A stretch of DNA of 64,000 nt, from positions 1 through 64,000 of the IMG/VR virus record IMGVR_UViG_3300031669_005479, one strand, 5' to 3'. The translations under genes were made by a program, and so were the position numbers. How positions within the stretch are numbered: the first letter of the stretch is position 1; each line of letters starts with the position of its first letter. The stretch comes from a virus (Duplodnaviria > Caudoviricetes). This document shows positions 7,531 through 17,098 of this stretch, one piece after another. Below the pieces are notes generated by a model that saw only the letters and a program-made list of their open reading frames with translations, was not told where the DNA came from and did no database searches.

Positions 7531-8103
7531 ATGAAAAATTTAATTTATCGAAGCATTGCATTACTATCGATATTTTTAATATCAACATCAATGATTAACA
7601 ACTACACCTATAATAAAAAAAGTGTGGCCTTTGAGTTACTATATTGTAATGTGTGGGGTACGATTTATCATGCAACTAAACGGCAATGTGATAATAGTCC
7701 AACAATTACTGGAGACGGGTCGCATATTAATGTAAAAAACGCAAGTAAATATCGTTGGATCGCTATTAGTCAGGACATGCTTAAGAGTGTTAACCGTTTG
7801 AAACTATTAAAGAATCCACTAACCAGTAAAATATATAAAGGTAAAATTGTATATGGGGATACTGTTTGGATTAAAAGTGGCAATCCTAAAATTAATGGTT
7901 GGTGGGTTGTTCACGATGCAAAGAGTGCAAAGTGTGATAATAGTGGTAATTTACTATATTCTAAATCAATTGATTTTTTGCAAACAGAAGGTGATATCAA
8001 TCTATATAATGGTAATCCACTATGGTCTGGAAAATTCTGTGATATTAAAATATATCGATTGAAAAATGTTTACTATAAAAACATTAAAAGATTTGTAATC
8101 TAA
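7531..8103 (+). CDS. 3D-domain (RlpA/MltA-like) peptidoglycan-active protein with N-terminal signal
   Basis: Hydrophobic N-terminus; QCDNSPTITGDG, WIAISQD, YGDTVWI, VVHD, IDFL. Confidence 0.65.
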   Translation: MKNLIYRSIALLSIFLISTSMINNYTYNKKSVAFELLYCNVWGTIYHATKRQCDNSPTITGDGSHINVKNASKYRWIAISQDMLKSVNRLKLLKNPLTSKIYKGKIVYGDTVWIKSGNPKINGWWVVHDAKSAKCDNSGNLLYSKSIDFLQTEGDINLYNGNPLWSGKFCDIKIYRLKNVYYKNIKRFVI

Positions 8104-8177
8104 AATATTTTATTATATTTGCACCCTAATATACATTTAAACAATGAATCAACTCTATTTCATCATATTTATGATAC

Positions 8178-8843
8178 TTGTTCCGATTGTTGTTTTCGGA
8201 TATTTTAAACTTAAGTTTAATGGTTTTTTTGACAATATTTCGAAAAAATTTAAAAGAAAGAACAATGAAAAGAGAAATGCCTGATTTAAAAATAATTGAG
8301 GATTATGCAAGGCATAGTTATAGTGAATCTAATTGTAGATATGGGGATAATGAATACTATTTGCATATAAATATGGTATTGAATAATGTCAATAAATATC
8401 AAAATATTTTTAAAAATAATCTTGATGCACAACATACAATTGGTGCTGCACACACTCACGATCTCATCGAAGATGCAAAACAAGCATACAGTAATATTGC
8501 TAATGTATGTGGTAATGATGTTGCTGACATTACATTAGCAGTTACTGATGTACCTGCAGAAAATAGATTAATGAAGCATCTACTCACAATGGGCAAAACA
8601 GTTAAAGATCATCGTGCAATTATATTGAAAATGTGCGATATTCTTGCCAATGCCACATATAGCAAAGAATCTGGTAGTTCAATGTATATGAAATATGTTT
8701 TTGAGTATCAATATCGTAAACCAATTTTTAAAACCGCATTAACATGGTATCGAAACGAACTAGATGCAGTAGAACTAAATAAATTGTGGGATGAACTTGA
8801 TGTAATACATATGAGTAAACAAATAGACTTAAAAACAATATGA
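8178..8843 (+). CDS. HD-domain hydrolase, RelA/SpoT small-hydrolase-like
   Basis: YYLH, HTHDLIED, AILKMCDILAN-type motifs; probable start MKREMPD. Confidence 0.65.
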   Translation: MFRLLFSDILNLSLMVFLTIFRKNLKERTMKREMPDLKIIEDYARHSYSESNCRYGDNEYYLHINMVLNNVNKYQNIFKNNLDAQHTIGAAHTHDLIEDAKQAYSNIANVCGNDVADITLAVTDVPAENRLMKHLLTMGKTVKDHRAIILKMCDILANATYSKESGSSMYMKYVFEYQYRKPIFKTALTWYRNELDAVELNKLWDELDVIHMSKQIDLKTI

Positions 8844-8844
8844 T

Positions 8845-9408
8845 ATGAATGATAAAAATTTGGGTCATTTGATGCTCGACCTCGAAACAATGGGCAAGAA
8901 TAGTAATTCTGCAATTGTTTCAATTGGCGCAGTAGAATTTGATATTAATACAGGTGAAACTGGTAGAGAATTCTACGAAATTGTTGATTTACAATCATGT
9001 CTTGATAAAGGACTTATGGTAAATGCAAGCACTATTTATTGGTGGTTACTACAGAGTGATGCTGCTCGTAAACAAATCTGTCAACCAAACGATAGTCTTG
9101 AAAATGTTTTGAATAAATTAAATTCATATTTTGAATTACTCGGTGATTTTGAACTATGGGGTAATAGTGCAAGATTTGATATTGGCATTCTTGAGGATGC
9201 ATATACTGCTTGCGGATATCATGAAATGCCTTGGAATTTTAGAAAAGAAAGGGACGTGCGTACATTGGTTGCATTTGCACCAAGTGTTAAAGATAATTAT
9301 CCATTTACTGGTGTTATGCACAATCCCATTGATGATTGTAAAAATCAAATTGCTTATTGCAGTGCTATTTGGATGAAACTTATGCATAATAATAATAATA
9401 ATAAATAA
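8845..9408 (+). CDS. DEDDh 3'-5' exonuclease (Rv2179c/DUF5051-like)
   Basis: HLMLDLETMG, WGNSARFD, HNPIDD. Confidence 0.8.
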   Translation: MNDKNLGHLMLDLETMGKNSNSAIVSIGAVEFDINTGETGREFYEIVDLQSCLDKGLMVNASTIYWWLLQSDAARKQICQPNDSLENVLNKLNSYFELLGDFELWGNSARFDIGILEDAYTACGYHEMPWNFRKERDVRTLVAFAPSVKDNYPFTGVMHNPIDDCKNQIAYCSAIWMKLMHNNNNNK

Positions 9409-9413
9409 ACATT

Positions 9414-9764
9414 ATGGAAAATTTAACAACTGAAACATTTAAGGAAAAAATCTTTGACTATGGTCAAGAAGGTGATTGGTCATTTAATGGTACTAACCCA
9501 GCAATCATTGATTTCTATGCAGAATGGTGTGGACCATGTAAAACAATTGCTCCAATTCTTGAAGAACTTGATGATGAATATCCTAACATAGATTTTTATA
9601 AAGTAGATACTGAAGCACAAGCAGAATTAGCAGTTGCCTTTGGAATTAGAAGTATACCTGCAGTTTTATTTATTCCATTAACTGGAATGCCACAAATGTC
9701 ATTAGGTGCAATTCCTAAATCTACATTCAAAACAGCAATTAAAGAAATATTAGCAATAGAATAA
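9414..9764 (+). CDS. trxA: Thioredoxin
   Basis: DFYAEWCGPCK, GIRSIP. Confidence 0.95.
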   Translation: MENLTTETFKEKIFDYGQEGDWSFNGTNPAIIDFYAEWCGPCKTIAPILEELDDEYPNIDFYKVDTEAQAELAVAFGIRSIPAVLFIPLTGMPQMSLGAIPKSTFKTAIKEILAIE

Positions 9765-9778
9765 TTCTTCAAAATTCT

Positions 9779-9806
9779 GTAACAAATATATTTTACTTTT
9801 CGTATA
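9779..9806 (+). promoter_or_regulatory. ECF-type promoter GTAAC-N17-CGTATA (HAD)
   Basis: Same consensus. Confidence 0.6.
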
Positions 9807-9814
9807 AAATAGAT

Positions 9815-10291
9815 ATGGATAAGTTTTTATTTTTAGATATTGATGATGTGATTGTAACTTCAATACAACATAGTAGTAAAAAGTTACACCCAAAATATAA
9901 AACACACATGTTTGATAAAAAATGTGTTGATGTTCTCAATATAATTACAGATAAGACAAATCCAATAATTATTTTATCTAGTGATTGGAAACTTTATTTT
10001 GATATTGAAGCACTTAACGAGATATTTAGTGATAATAATGTTCACTGTAAAATTTCTGATATAACACCTGATTTATGGGGAACACAATTTACTAAATATG
10101 ACCAGTTAGAAATATGTAGAGCATCTGAAATCATGAAATATGTTGATGAGCATAGTATCAAAAACTTTGTTGCAGTAGACGATTTGGATTTAAATGATTG
10201 GATACCGAATAATTTTGTGCATTGTAAACGTTCAATGGAAGGGATTAAGCAAACAGGAATTAAAGAAAAAATTTTAAATATTTTAACATAA
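9815..10291 (+). CDS. HAD-superfamily phosphatase
   Basis: FLDIDDV, ILSSDW, VAVDD. Confidence 0.75.
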   Translation: MDKFLFLDIDDVIVTSIQHSSKKLHPKYKTHMFDKKCVDVLNIITDKTNPIIILSSDWKLYFDIEALNEIFSDNNVHCKISDITPDLWGTQFTKYDQLEICRASEIMKYVDEHSIKNFVAVDDLDLNDWIPNNFVHCKRSMEGIKQTGIKEKILNILT

Positions 10292-10307
10292 AAGATAATT
10301 TTGTATT

Positions 10308-10826
10308 ATGAGTTATTTTGTTATTGACGTAGAATCTGATGGTCCAATTATTGCTAAACATAGCATGGTATGTTTTGGTGCAGTTAAATTAACACCTGAA
10401 CTAAATTCAACATTCTACGGTAAAACTAAGCCAATCGGTGATGATTTCATACCATCTTCGCTTGCAGTGAGTGGTTTTACGAGAGAACAACATTTAAGTT
10501 TTGATGATCCAGCAATTGTTATGAAAAACTTTGCAGATTGGATTAAAATTCATAGTGTGGGTAAACCAATACTTATTTCAGATAATAATGGATATGATGC
10601 TAGTTGGATTAACTATTATTTTCACAGATATTATGGTTCAAATCCATTTGGCTGGTCTTCAAGAAGAATTGGAGATTTATATTGTGGTATGGTGAAAGAT
10701 ACGTGGGCAACTTGGAAGCATTTGAGAGTAACAGAACATACCCACAATCCTGTTGATGATGCTAAAGGTAATGCAGAGGCATTACTTAAAATGAAAGAAA
10801 TGGGACTAAAAATTGACACTAAATAA
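10308..10826 (+). CDS. DEDDh 3'-5' exonuclease
   Basis: DVESDG, GYDASW, HNPVDDA. Confidence 0.8.
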   Translation: MSYFVIDVESDGPIIAKHSMVCFGAVKLTPELNSTFYGKTKPIGDDFIPSSLAVSGFTREQHLSFDDPAIVMKNFADWIKIHSVGKPILISDNNGYDASWINYYFHRYYGSNPFGWSSRRIGDLYCGMVKDTWATWKHLRVTEHTHNPVDDAKGNAEALLKMKEMGLKIDTK

Positions 10827-10834
10827 AATAAATT

Positions 10835-11101
10835 ATGAATATTAAAAACATTGCCTTCTTATTTCCAGTAATGGCATACTATGCCATCGAATCATTAATT
10901 GCAGCATTATTCATTACAGTGCTATGGCGATTTGTATTATATCCAATTACAAATATTGACATCACCTATCTCCAGTGCGCATCAATTATTTGGATTATTA
11001 AAATCGTATTTTTTGATGTATTTAAATTGCTTACTGGACTTAGTGGCATACAAATTTCAAAAGAAAATCAAGAAACTGACCAAGAAACAACTGAAAATTA
11101 A
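10835..11101 (+). CDS. Small membrane protein
   Basis: Two hydrophobic segments. Confidence 0.55.
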   Translation: MNIKNIAFLFPVMAYYAIESLIAALFITVLWRFVLYPITNIDITYLQCASIIWIIKIVFFDVFKLLTGLSGIQISKENQETDQETTEN

Positions 11102-11325
11102 TGAAATACATAAAAGAATCACCAAGAATAACTATCAAAATTTATGATAGCGAGACTGAAGACCTTATCGTTACAATAAACGATAGAAACTGGATGAATG
11201 TAGGTGAAATATTTCCTGCACATATTATTAATAATCTAGTTATGGATGAATGTAAGAAAAGAAAAATATCTGCTCCAGATAAAATTTTAGTAATGATTGG
11301 AGAAGAATATATCTTGGAAGAATAA
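11101..11325 (+). CDS. Hypothetical protein
   Basis: Start overlaps the previous stop. Confidence 0.6.
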   Translation: MKYIKESPRITIKIYDSETEDLIVTINDRNWMNVGEIFPAHIINNLVMDECKKRKISAPDKILVMIGEEYILEE

Positions 11326-11378
11326 GACGTAAAACAATTAAATTTATTAAGCATGTTGTAATATACATGCTTTTTTTT

Positions 11379-11405
11379 GTAACAAATATTACCATTATTC
11401 GTATA
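11379..11405 (+). promoter_or_regulatory. ECF-type promoter GTAAC-N16-CGTATA (secreted protein)
   Basis: Same consensus. Confidence 0.6.
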
Positions 11406-11433
11406 TCTAGGTATAATAATTATAATACTTACT

Positions 11434-11961
11434 ATGAAAAAATTAATTGTATTATTGATAGCATTATTGCTAACAGCCAACCTCTTTGCAAATATTAGGG
11501 ACTATTCTTTAATTGAACCACATGGACAAGTCGAATATGGTTTTCATCACTATAGGGATTTGGATTGGATTCAATATCTTCCATTTGCACACTTTGTAAA
11601 AGATGGTAAACTTTATGTTATATCATACGAACCATTTACTGACGATGAGCGTCCATCGAGTATGATAATAAAAGCAAGAAAATTGTATCTTTATTGTAAG
11701 AATATGAGCAATCCAGATAATCCTTGGGTAATTGCGTCGGATGTTCTATTTACAGGTAACTTTTATTCCAATTTAACAATATCCAATGGACATACTAGCC
11801 TAGACATGCATTATTTAGACATTGAACTGTTTACCAGATATGGTTGTATGCTTACTGTTGATGGAAACAATGTAACAATTACTACACACAAGATAATCAA
11901 GGTTAATAATAGTGATTGTACCAGTGAACCAATAACGTTTCATATTAAACTAAAACAATGA
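11434..11961 (+). CDS. Secreted hypothetical protein
   Basis: MKKLIVLLIALLLTANLFA signal peptide; GTAAC/CGTATA promoter upstream. Confidence 0.6.
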   Translation: MKKLIVLLIALLLTANLFANIRDYSLIEPHGQVEYGFHHYRDLDWIQYLPFAHFVKDGKLYVISYEPFTDDERPSSMIIKARKLYLYCKNMSNPDNPWVIASDVLFTGNFYSNLTISNGHTSLDMHYLDIELFTRYGCMLTVDGNNVTITTHKIIKVNNSDCTSEPITFHIKLKQ

Positions 11962-12392
11962 TAAAAGCATTACCCTTTATCCTTACTGTTGGGAGTGAGA
12001 AATTCAAACAATTTCTTGCCAATCCATTTACAATCGACATGCTATATCCAATTTATGACATAAATTCTTGTGCAACATTGTTCGATGGCTGGCATGGAAA
12101 AAATATGGTAAATTGGTTTAAATTCACAAATGATGATAAAGTAATATTAGAATTTTATCCAAAGTATTATACTGCAAAAAATAATGAACCAAATTCAATT
12201 AAATATATGCTATCATTACCAGAAAATATTGGCGAATTTGTTAATGATATGAATAGGCTTGGAATAGAACTTTATTGGACGGAATTGATTGATAAAAATT
12301 TTGAACCCAAAGATTATTTACCAACAAATGAACTAAAAATTTATTGGACTAATCTATTAGAAAAAATGGGTAAATCTAGTGAATTGTTATAA
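11958..12392 (+). CDS. Hypothetical protein
   Basis: Coupled ORF. Confidence 0.6.
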   Translation: MIKALPFILTVGSEKFKQFLANPFTIDMLYPIYDINSCATLFDGWHGKNMVNWFKFTNDDKVILEFYPKYYTAKNNEPNSIKYMLSLPENIGEFVNDMNRLGIELYWTELIDKNFEPKDYLPTNELKIYWTNLLEKMGKSSELL

Positions 12393-12417
12393 ATTTGGAA
12401 CTTTGAAAAAATATACA

Positions 12418-12425
12418 TATATTTG
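12418..12425 (+). promoter_or_regulatory. Bacteroidota-type -7 box TATATTTG (representative of 8 copies)
   Basis: Also + 8114; minus-strand copies at 3511, 7450, 16713, 30061, 32307, 34431. Confidence 0.6.
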
Positions 12426-12442
12426 CACCAATAAAATATTAA

Positions 12443-13183
12443 ATGGACACTAATAATTTAAAATTATGGAATAACATCACATTTAAAACAGAAGGTTATC
12501 GAAAAAATTTTGATTTTATTAATGATGATGAAAATATTATTACAGAATATGATGGTAAAATTTCTGAAATTAGAATTTCTGAACTAAAACCTCCACATAT
12601 TATTGGAGAATATGGTTTTTCTGTATGGCATATAGATTTAGGAAAAAAATTTAACGTAAATTTGAAGAAATTAATTGCTAATCATCATATTGAAGATACC
12701 TATGATGAATTATTAAAAATAATTAAACAAAATGATTTTAATTTTGAAAATATAAACAAATTGGTATTGATTCACTCATTTGTTCTTAAAAGGGACTATC
12801 GTAAACGTGGTATTACTGAAGAATTCATTGAAACAATATATAGAGATTTTTTTGGTGAAAATGTTGCCATAATTATGTTAGTTAAACCGTTACAATATAA
12901 CAAAATTGATTTTGATTTTTATAAACATCACAAATCAGTTCAAGTTAAGGAGTCACTTAAATCAAAAAATGCATCATATATACATGCAATGGAATATTAT
13001 TCGTTAAATGAAATGCTTAAAAGGGAAGATATGGAAATGAACGAATATAAACTATTTAACGTTGCGAATAAATGTGGATTTAGTAGAATTGGTGAATCAC
13101 ACCTATTTAAATTTATTCCAGATAAAATTATCAAAAGAATGAATGATAAACATCAATATTTAAAAACAAATAAATTAATTTAA
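12443..13183 (+). CDS. GNAT-like protein
   Basis: SFVLKRDYRKRGI resembles acetyl-CoA-binding motif A. Confidence 0.4.
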   Translation: MDTNNLKLWNNITFKTEGYRKNFDFINDDENIITEYDGKISEIRISELKPPHIIGEYGFSVWHIDLGKKFNVNLKKLIANHHIEDTYDELLKIIKQNDFNFENINKLVLIHSFVLKRDYRKRGITEEFIETIYRDFFGENVAIIMLVKPLQYNKIDFDFYKHHKSVQVKESLKSKNASYIHAMEYYSLNEMLKREDMEMNEYKLFNVANKCGFSRIGESHLFKFIPDKIIKRMNDKHQYLKTNKLI

Positions 13184-13184
13184 T

Positions 13185-13430
13185 ATGAAGAACAAAAAGT
13201 CTAAAATCAAATTAGATACGTTTCATTACCATGAGGCTATTCACACTACGCACATTTTCAGTAAAATCTTGGAAGAACATCTTTTAAAACATCCTGTGGT
13301 ACAAAAACACCGTAAGGTTAAGAAAAAAGTAAATAAAGTATTGGAACTACTTGCTGATATTTACCAAGATATTAATGCCTACGATGCTAAACAAGATGAT
13401 ATCGATAATTATCGTCCTATTAATCAATAA
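13185..13430 (+). CDS. Hypothetical protein
   Basis: Coupled ORF. Confidence 0.55.
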   Translation: MKNKKSKIKLDTFHYHEAIHTTHIFSKILEEHLLKHPVVQKHRKVKKKVNKVLELLADIYQDINAYDAKQDDIDNYRPINQ

Positions 13431-13691
13431 ATTATCTGTTTTTTGATAATCATTGTATTTATATAACACGAGATGGAAAATAATTATAAAATATTGAAAA
13501 GAGTTAAGCAAAAAATACCTTACAATCAACGAATTTTGACAAAAAAATCGTCAATACCCGAAAAATTCAATTTTTTCGGGGATTTTAGTTTAAAAACACA
13601 ATTATTTTCCAATACATTTAAAATTTTTGGTTAAAAATCTAAAACAACTCATTGATTTTAAATGAAATAACAATTATTAAAAAATTAAATT

Positions 13692-14393
13692 ATGAAAAAA
13701 ATTATTTTAACACTACTTTTTATATTTACAATTTTTTCTTTTGCTAATATTTCAACTAGTAATGCTGAGTATTCTAAGTCAATGGTCTTTGTTAATAACA
13801 ATACTGATAATAGTATCGAATTGGCAAAAAAGGTCGAAAATTTGGAAAGAAAAATGTATGTAGATAATTTAATTCAACGAATTGAATTTGAGTCTGAAAT
13901 TATAATTCCAAATGCAATTAATGTTAAGTATGTCGAATATACATATAATCTAGCAAATCAACTTAAATTACCAACAAGAACTGTTTTCAGATTAATGTAT
14001 ACAGAATCTCGTTTTATTGATACGTTAACTTCATCAAAGGGTGCAAGAGGTTTAATGCAATTAATGCCAAATACACGTAATGAATATTATACACAATTAC
14101 GTGTAGATACGCTTAAACTTGATAATAATCAAGAAGATATTTATATTGCATTAAATATGTTGAAAGATTTACATAAATATTGGAAATCTAAAGGACATTC
14201 TGAAAAGTATTCGTGGAAATTAACATTGGCTTCCTATAATTCTGGAAGTGGTAGCGTTAAAAAATATCGTGGTATTCCACCATATACTGAAACAATTGAT
14301 TTTGTTAATTTTATTAGCAAATCACCATCCAACCCAGAGTTTTATTTTAAATACATAAGAAAATATGAGAACACAGTTAAGATCAGTTCATGA
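13692..14393 (+). CDS. Soluble lytic transglycosylase (SLT) with signal peptide
   Basis: TESRF, SSKGARGLMQLMP, ASYNSG, PPYTET. Confidence 0.9.
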   Translation: MKKIILTLLFIFTIFSFANISTSNAEYSKSMVFVNNNTDNSIELAKKVENLERKMYVDNLIQRIEFESEIIIPNAINVKYVEYTYNLANQLKLPTRTVFRLMYTESRFIDTLTSSKGARGLMQLMPNTRNEYYTQLRVDTLKLDNNQEDIYIALNMLKDLHKYWKSKGHSEKYSWKLTLASYNSGSGSVKKYRGIPPYTETIDFVNFISKSPSNPEFYFKYIRKYENTVKISS

Positions 14394-14661
14394 GGAACAA
14401 TATTCTACTGGTAGTAGAACATTAGGTGTAATAATAAATTATGATAATGAAGGTACATTTAAAGAAAGTTTTGTCTATATCTTCAACCATGAAAGAAAAA
14501 TGTATACATTTTTTGATACAATGGTTGATATGTTCGACTATATTTTCTATGGTGAAGAAGCAATGAAAAGAGCATATATGACTGAAGCAGATTTTGACCT
14601 TTACTATGATGCAGATTACCTCGACAATACGTTTAATCAAATATTAAAATGGACTAGTTAA
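14365..14661 (+). CDS. Hypothetical protein
   Basis: ORF followed by a hairpin terminator. Confidence 0.55.
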   Translation: MRTQLRSVHEEQYSTGSRTLGVIINYDNEGTFKESFVYIFNHERKMYTFFDTMVDMFDYIFYGEEAMKRAYMTEADFDLYYDADYLDNTFNQILKWTS

Positions 14662-14680
14662 GTCCATTTTAATATTTTTA
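14641..14680 (+). terminator. Hairpin terminator
   Basis: Perfect 15-bp inverted repeat atattaaaatggact/agtccattttaatat followed by a T-run. Confidence 0.7.
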
Positions 14681-14689
14681 TATAACGGA

Positions 14690-14839
14690 GCGTAAAACCC
14701 ATCCATCGTTTTTACGTGGATGGGATGTACGCGACATAACCTTGTGAAAGAATATATTCACGATGTGAAATTGCATCGATTTTAATGTTATTTAAACATG
14801 AGGTTATATGTTATACCATAAAATCATATTAGTGCACTA
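14690..14839. other. Structured non-coding element (long hairpin plus multi-branch fold)
   Basis: GCGTA..CCCATCCA/TGGATGGG..TACGC hairpin; ATAACCT/AGGTTAT closing three short arms; palindrome TTAGTGCACTAA. Confidence 0.5.
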
Positions 14840-14862
14840 AACACAGTAAAAATGACCCATTT

Positions 14863-15828
14863 CTACTGTTTCATTGTACTTGGTTCAAAGACTTCAACCC
14901 TATTTGAGTCAAATGCGGTATTATAACCTTCATCCCACCAATTTGACATTTCTTCCTCATCAAAAACTATACTACTTGAACTTAATTTTCTTGGTAACCA
15001 ATATATAGTAACCTTTGTACCTTCTTGATTCAAACTTCTGATTTTATCGTAAAATTGTTCAAATTCGATATCATATCTCATAATACCAATATTTGTTGCA
15101 ACATTTTCTAAAAGACCATTTATTTTCTTTCCTTCAAAAACATCAATCGTTTTTGTTCTGTGTAAAATAATATCAACTTCTTTATATCCTTTTCCAATTA
15201 ATTGATCAATACCAACTAAATCGCTCAATCCACCATCTCCCCATAATCCAACATGAAAATCACCAGTTTCACTATTCCAACTCTTTTTTACTAATGAAGT
15301 AAAAAACGGAAAATTTGCACTGCACCACATCCAATCTTTAAAGTCTTCATATGTTTCGTGCTGTGAACTAAAATAATGAATTTTTGATGGTACTTGTGCA
15401 TAATTCTGTGCGCCAACCAATACTTCCTTGTCTTGCATTCGTAGTGCATCAAAATAATTTTCAGTAAAAAATTTATCAATTGTCTTTCTTAATGCATTAG
15501 AGGTACGAACTGTCTTATGACCAAATAATAATGTTAACATTACGGGAATTGCCCTAATTTTACCATTTCTTGAGATCGGACTTCGCTTATACCAACTAGT
15601 ATCAAAAATACTCTGATTATTAACACTAGTATACCCAAATTTTAAAACATCCCATTCTTTTAATGCAGCCAATGGTGCTAATAAACTACCTGTAGATATT
15701 CCAACGATAATATCATAATCCTTATTAATTCTTGCTAGTGTTCCACCACCAAATGCACCCCATGATCCACCACCAGAAATCAATGCTGCTTTTTTTGTTG
15801 ACATAATTTTGTTTATGTATAAATACAA
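14863..15828 (-). CDS. Patatin-like phospholipase
   Basis: GGGSWG, GISTG, DGG; probable start 15804. Confidence 0.9.
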   Translation of the reverse strand: MYLYINKIMSTKKAALISGGGSWGAFGGGTLARINKDYDIIVGISTGSLLAPLAALKEWDVLKFGYTSVNNQSIFDTSWYKRSPISRNGKIRAIPVMLTLLFGHKTVRTSNALRKTIDKFFTENYFDALRMQDKEVLVGAQNYAQVPSKIHYFSSQHETYEDFKDWMWCSANFPFFTSLVKKSWNSETGDFHVGLWGDGGLSDLVGIDQLIGKGYKEVDIILHRTKTIDVFEGKKINGLLENVATNIGIMRYDIEFEQFYDKIRSLNQEGTKVTIYWLPRKLSSSSIVFDEEEMSNWWDEGYNTAFDSNRVEVFEPSTMKQ

Positions 15829-15865
15829 AAAATCGAAGTAAATAACTAAACTTACTTCGATTTTT
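15828..15865 (-). terminator. Hairpin terminator
   Basis: 14-bp inverted repeat aaaaatcgaagtaa/ttacttcgattttt. Confidence 0.65.
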
Positions 15866-15898
15866 AAAATATATGAATTTTATAAAAAACTTAATCAA

Positions 15899-16684
15899 TT
15901 ATAGTTGTCTCAACTCATTTACTAATTGAATAACTAAATTTGTTTGCGTTGCAGATTGTAGCGATAGATATTCAATTGTTTCTGCTGGTTTTTCTTTGAT
16001 ATTCATCCAATAATATCTACTTAATTCATCTTGCGACAATAAATCAATTTTCTTTTTAAGACCAAGATGTTCAGCCACGAGCATTAACGGAATGGGAATG
16101 CTACTATATGCATTAAATTTCCAAACATTGATAGTATCCATAATACCAGATTCCCAAGGCTTAATATTTAAACAATTCTTAAGAATATATGGAAGTTTTT
16201 TATTATCCAACTTATCCCTATTAAGTAAAAATCTTTTAATTAATAATGGTATGTCAAAATTAACAATATTGTGTCCGCACAGTATTGGAAAAAACTTGGG
16301 TTCTGATTTTAACCCTTCACTTGATACATAGTGCAACACATCCATAAATTGTGCAAGTATAAGTGGCTCGTCATCCCCATCAAATTTTTTTATTGAACGT
16401 TTTAGTGTACCGTTCTCATTATACACTGTGGCATATGTGATAGCAACAATTTTACAAAATTCTGGATAGTATGTCGCATATTTTTCATAGGTGCAGTCCT
16501 CATTATCACATAAATCATTTTCGCTAGAATATTTTGTCTTAGATACCAGTTTCCATGCCTGATATAGAGAATTGTTTTTTTCAATAAGTTCGGCAAGTGT
16601 TGGATAAATAAGCACAGACTTTACATTAAAGTAAAGCATGTCATAGATACATTTTGGATTAAATACGTCATCAAATAAGGTCAT
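15899..16684 (-). CDS. PolB-related 3'-5' exonuclease-like protein, acidic catalytic residues apparently lost
   Basis: YPEFCKIVAI, GHNIVNFDIPLL, DTINVWKF; ExoI region reads FNVKS. Confidence 0.6.
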   Translation of the reverse strand: MTLFDDVFNPKCIYDMLYFNVKSVLIYPTLAELIEKNNSLYQAWKLVSKTKYSSENDLCDNEDCTYEKYATYYPEFCKIVAITYATVYNENGTLKRSIKKFDGDDEPLILAQFMDVLHYVSSEGLKSEPKFFPILCGHNIVNFDIPLLIKRFLLNRDKLDNKKLPYILKNCLNIKPWESGIMDTINVWKFNAYSSIPIPLMLVAEHLGLKKKIDLLSQDELSRYYWMNIKEKPAETIEYLSLQSATQTNLVIQLVNELRQL

Positions 16685-16728
16685 ATTGAAATTTTATGTT
16701 AAAATTATTACACAAATATAGTTAATAT

Positions 16729-17091
16729 TTATTCCAAATTGAAAAGAAAATGAAAAAACTTAGAAATTTTTGAACGATTATTCTTATGCGTCTCATTATA
16801 AATGTCTTGAATGTCTTCAAAACTATATGTAGATAATATTTCAATATCATCTACACCATATTTACCTTTTGAATGCTTTATAATGTATGGAATTAACTTG
16901 TTTTTTTTAAAATCCTTCTCTCTTTTTTTCTTATCAATTTCCCTAAGATATTGCACACCCAATTCTTCAAATTCCAACGCAATTTTACTTTTTTGACGCA
17001 AAGTATTGTTTTGAAGAAATTCATCAAACGCAATATAATCATCGTCATCATCATCACTATCTATAGATATTATTTTCTCATCAATAGCCAT
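16729..17091 (-). CDS. Hypothetical protein
   Basis: ORF in the minus-strand run. Confidence 0.6.
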   Translation of the reverse strand: MAIDEKIISIDSDDDDDDYIAFDEFLQNNTLRQKSKIALEFEELGVQYLREIDKKKREKDFKKNKLIPYIIKHSKGKYGVDDIEILSTYSFEDIQDIYNETHKNNRSKISKFFHFLFNLE

Positions 17092-17098
17092 TGCAATA

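Noticed and set aside
9389-9405. (AAT)n microsatellite
   Set aside because: A short poly-Asn tail at a gene end; expected by chance at this base composition.
13536-13580. Small hairpins in the 13430-13690 intergenic gap as an origin or ncRNA
   Set aside because: The stems are short (5-9 bp) in very AT-rich DNA, with no iterons or other support.
14736-14807. tRNA gene
   Set aside because: It has tRNA-like length and a cloverleaf-like fold, but no D-loop GG, no TTC T-loop and no canonical arm spacing on either strand.
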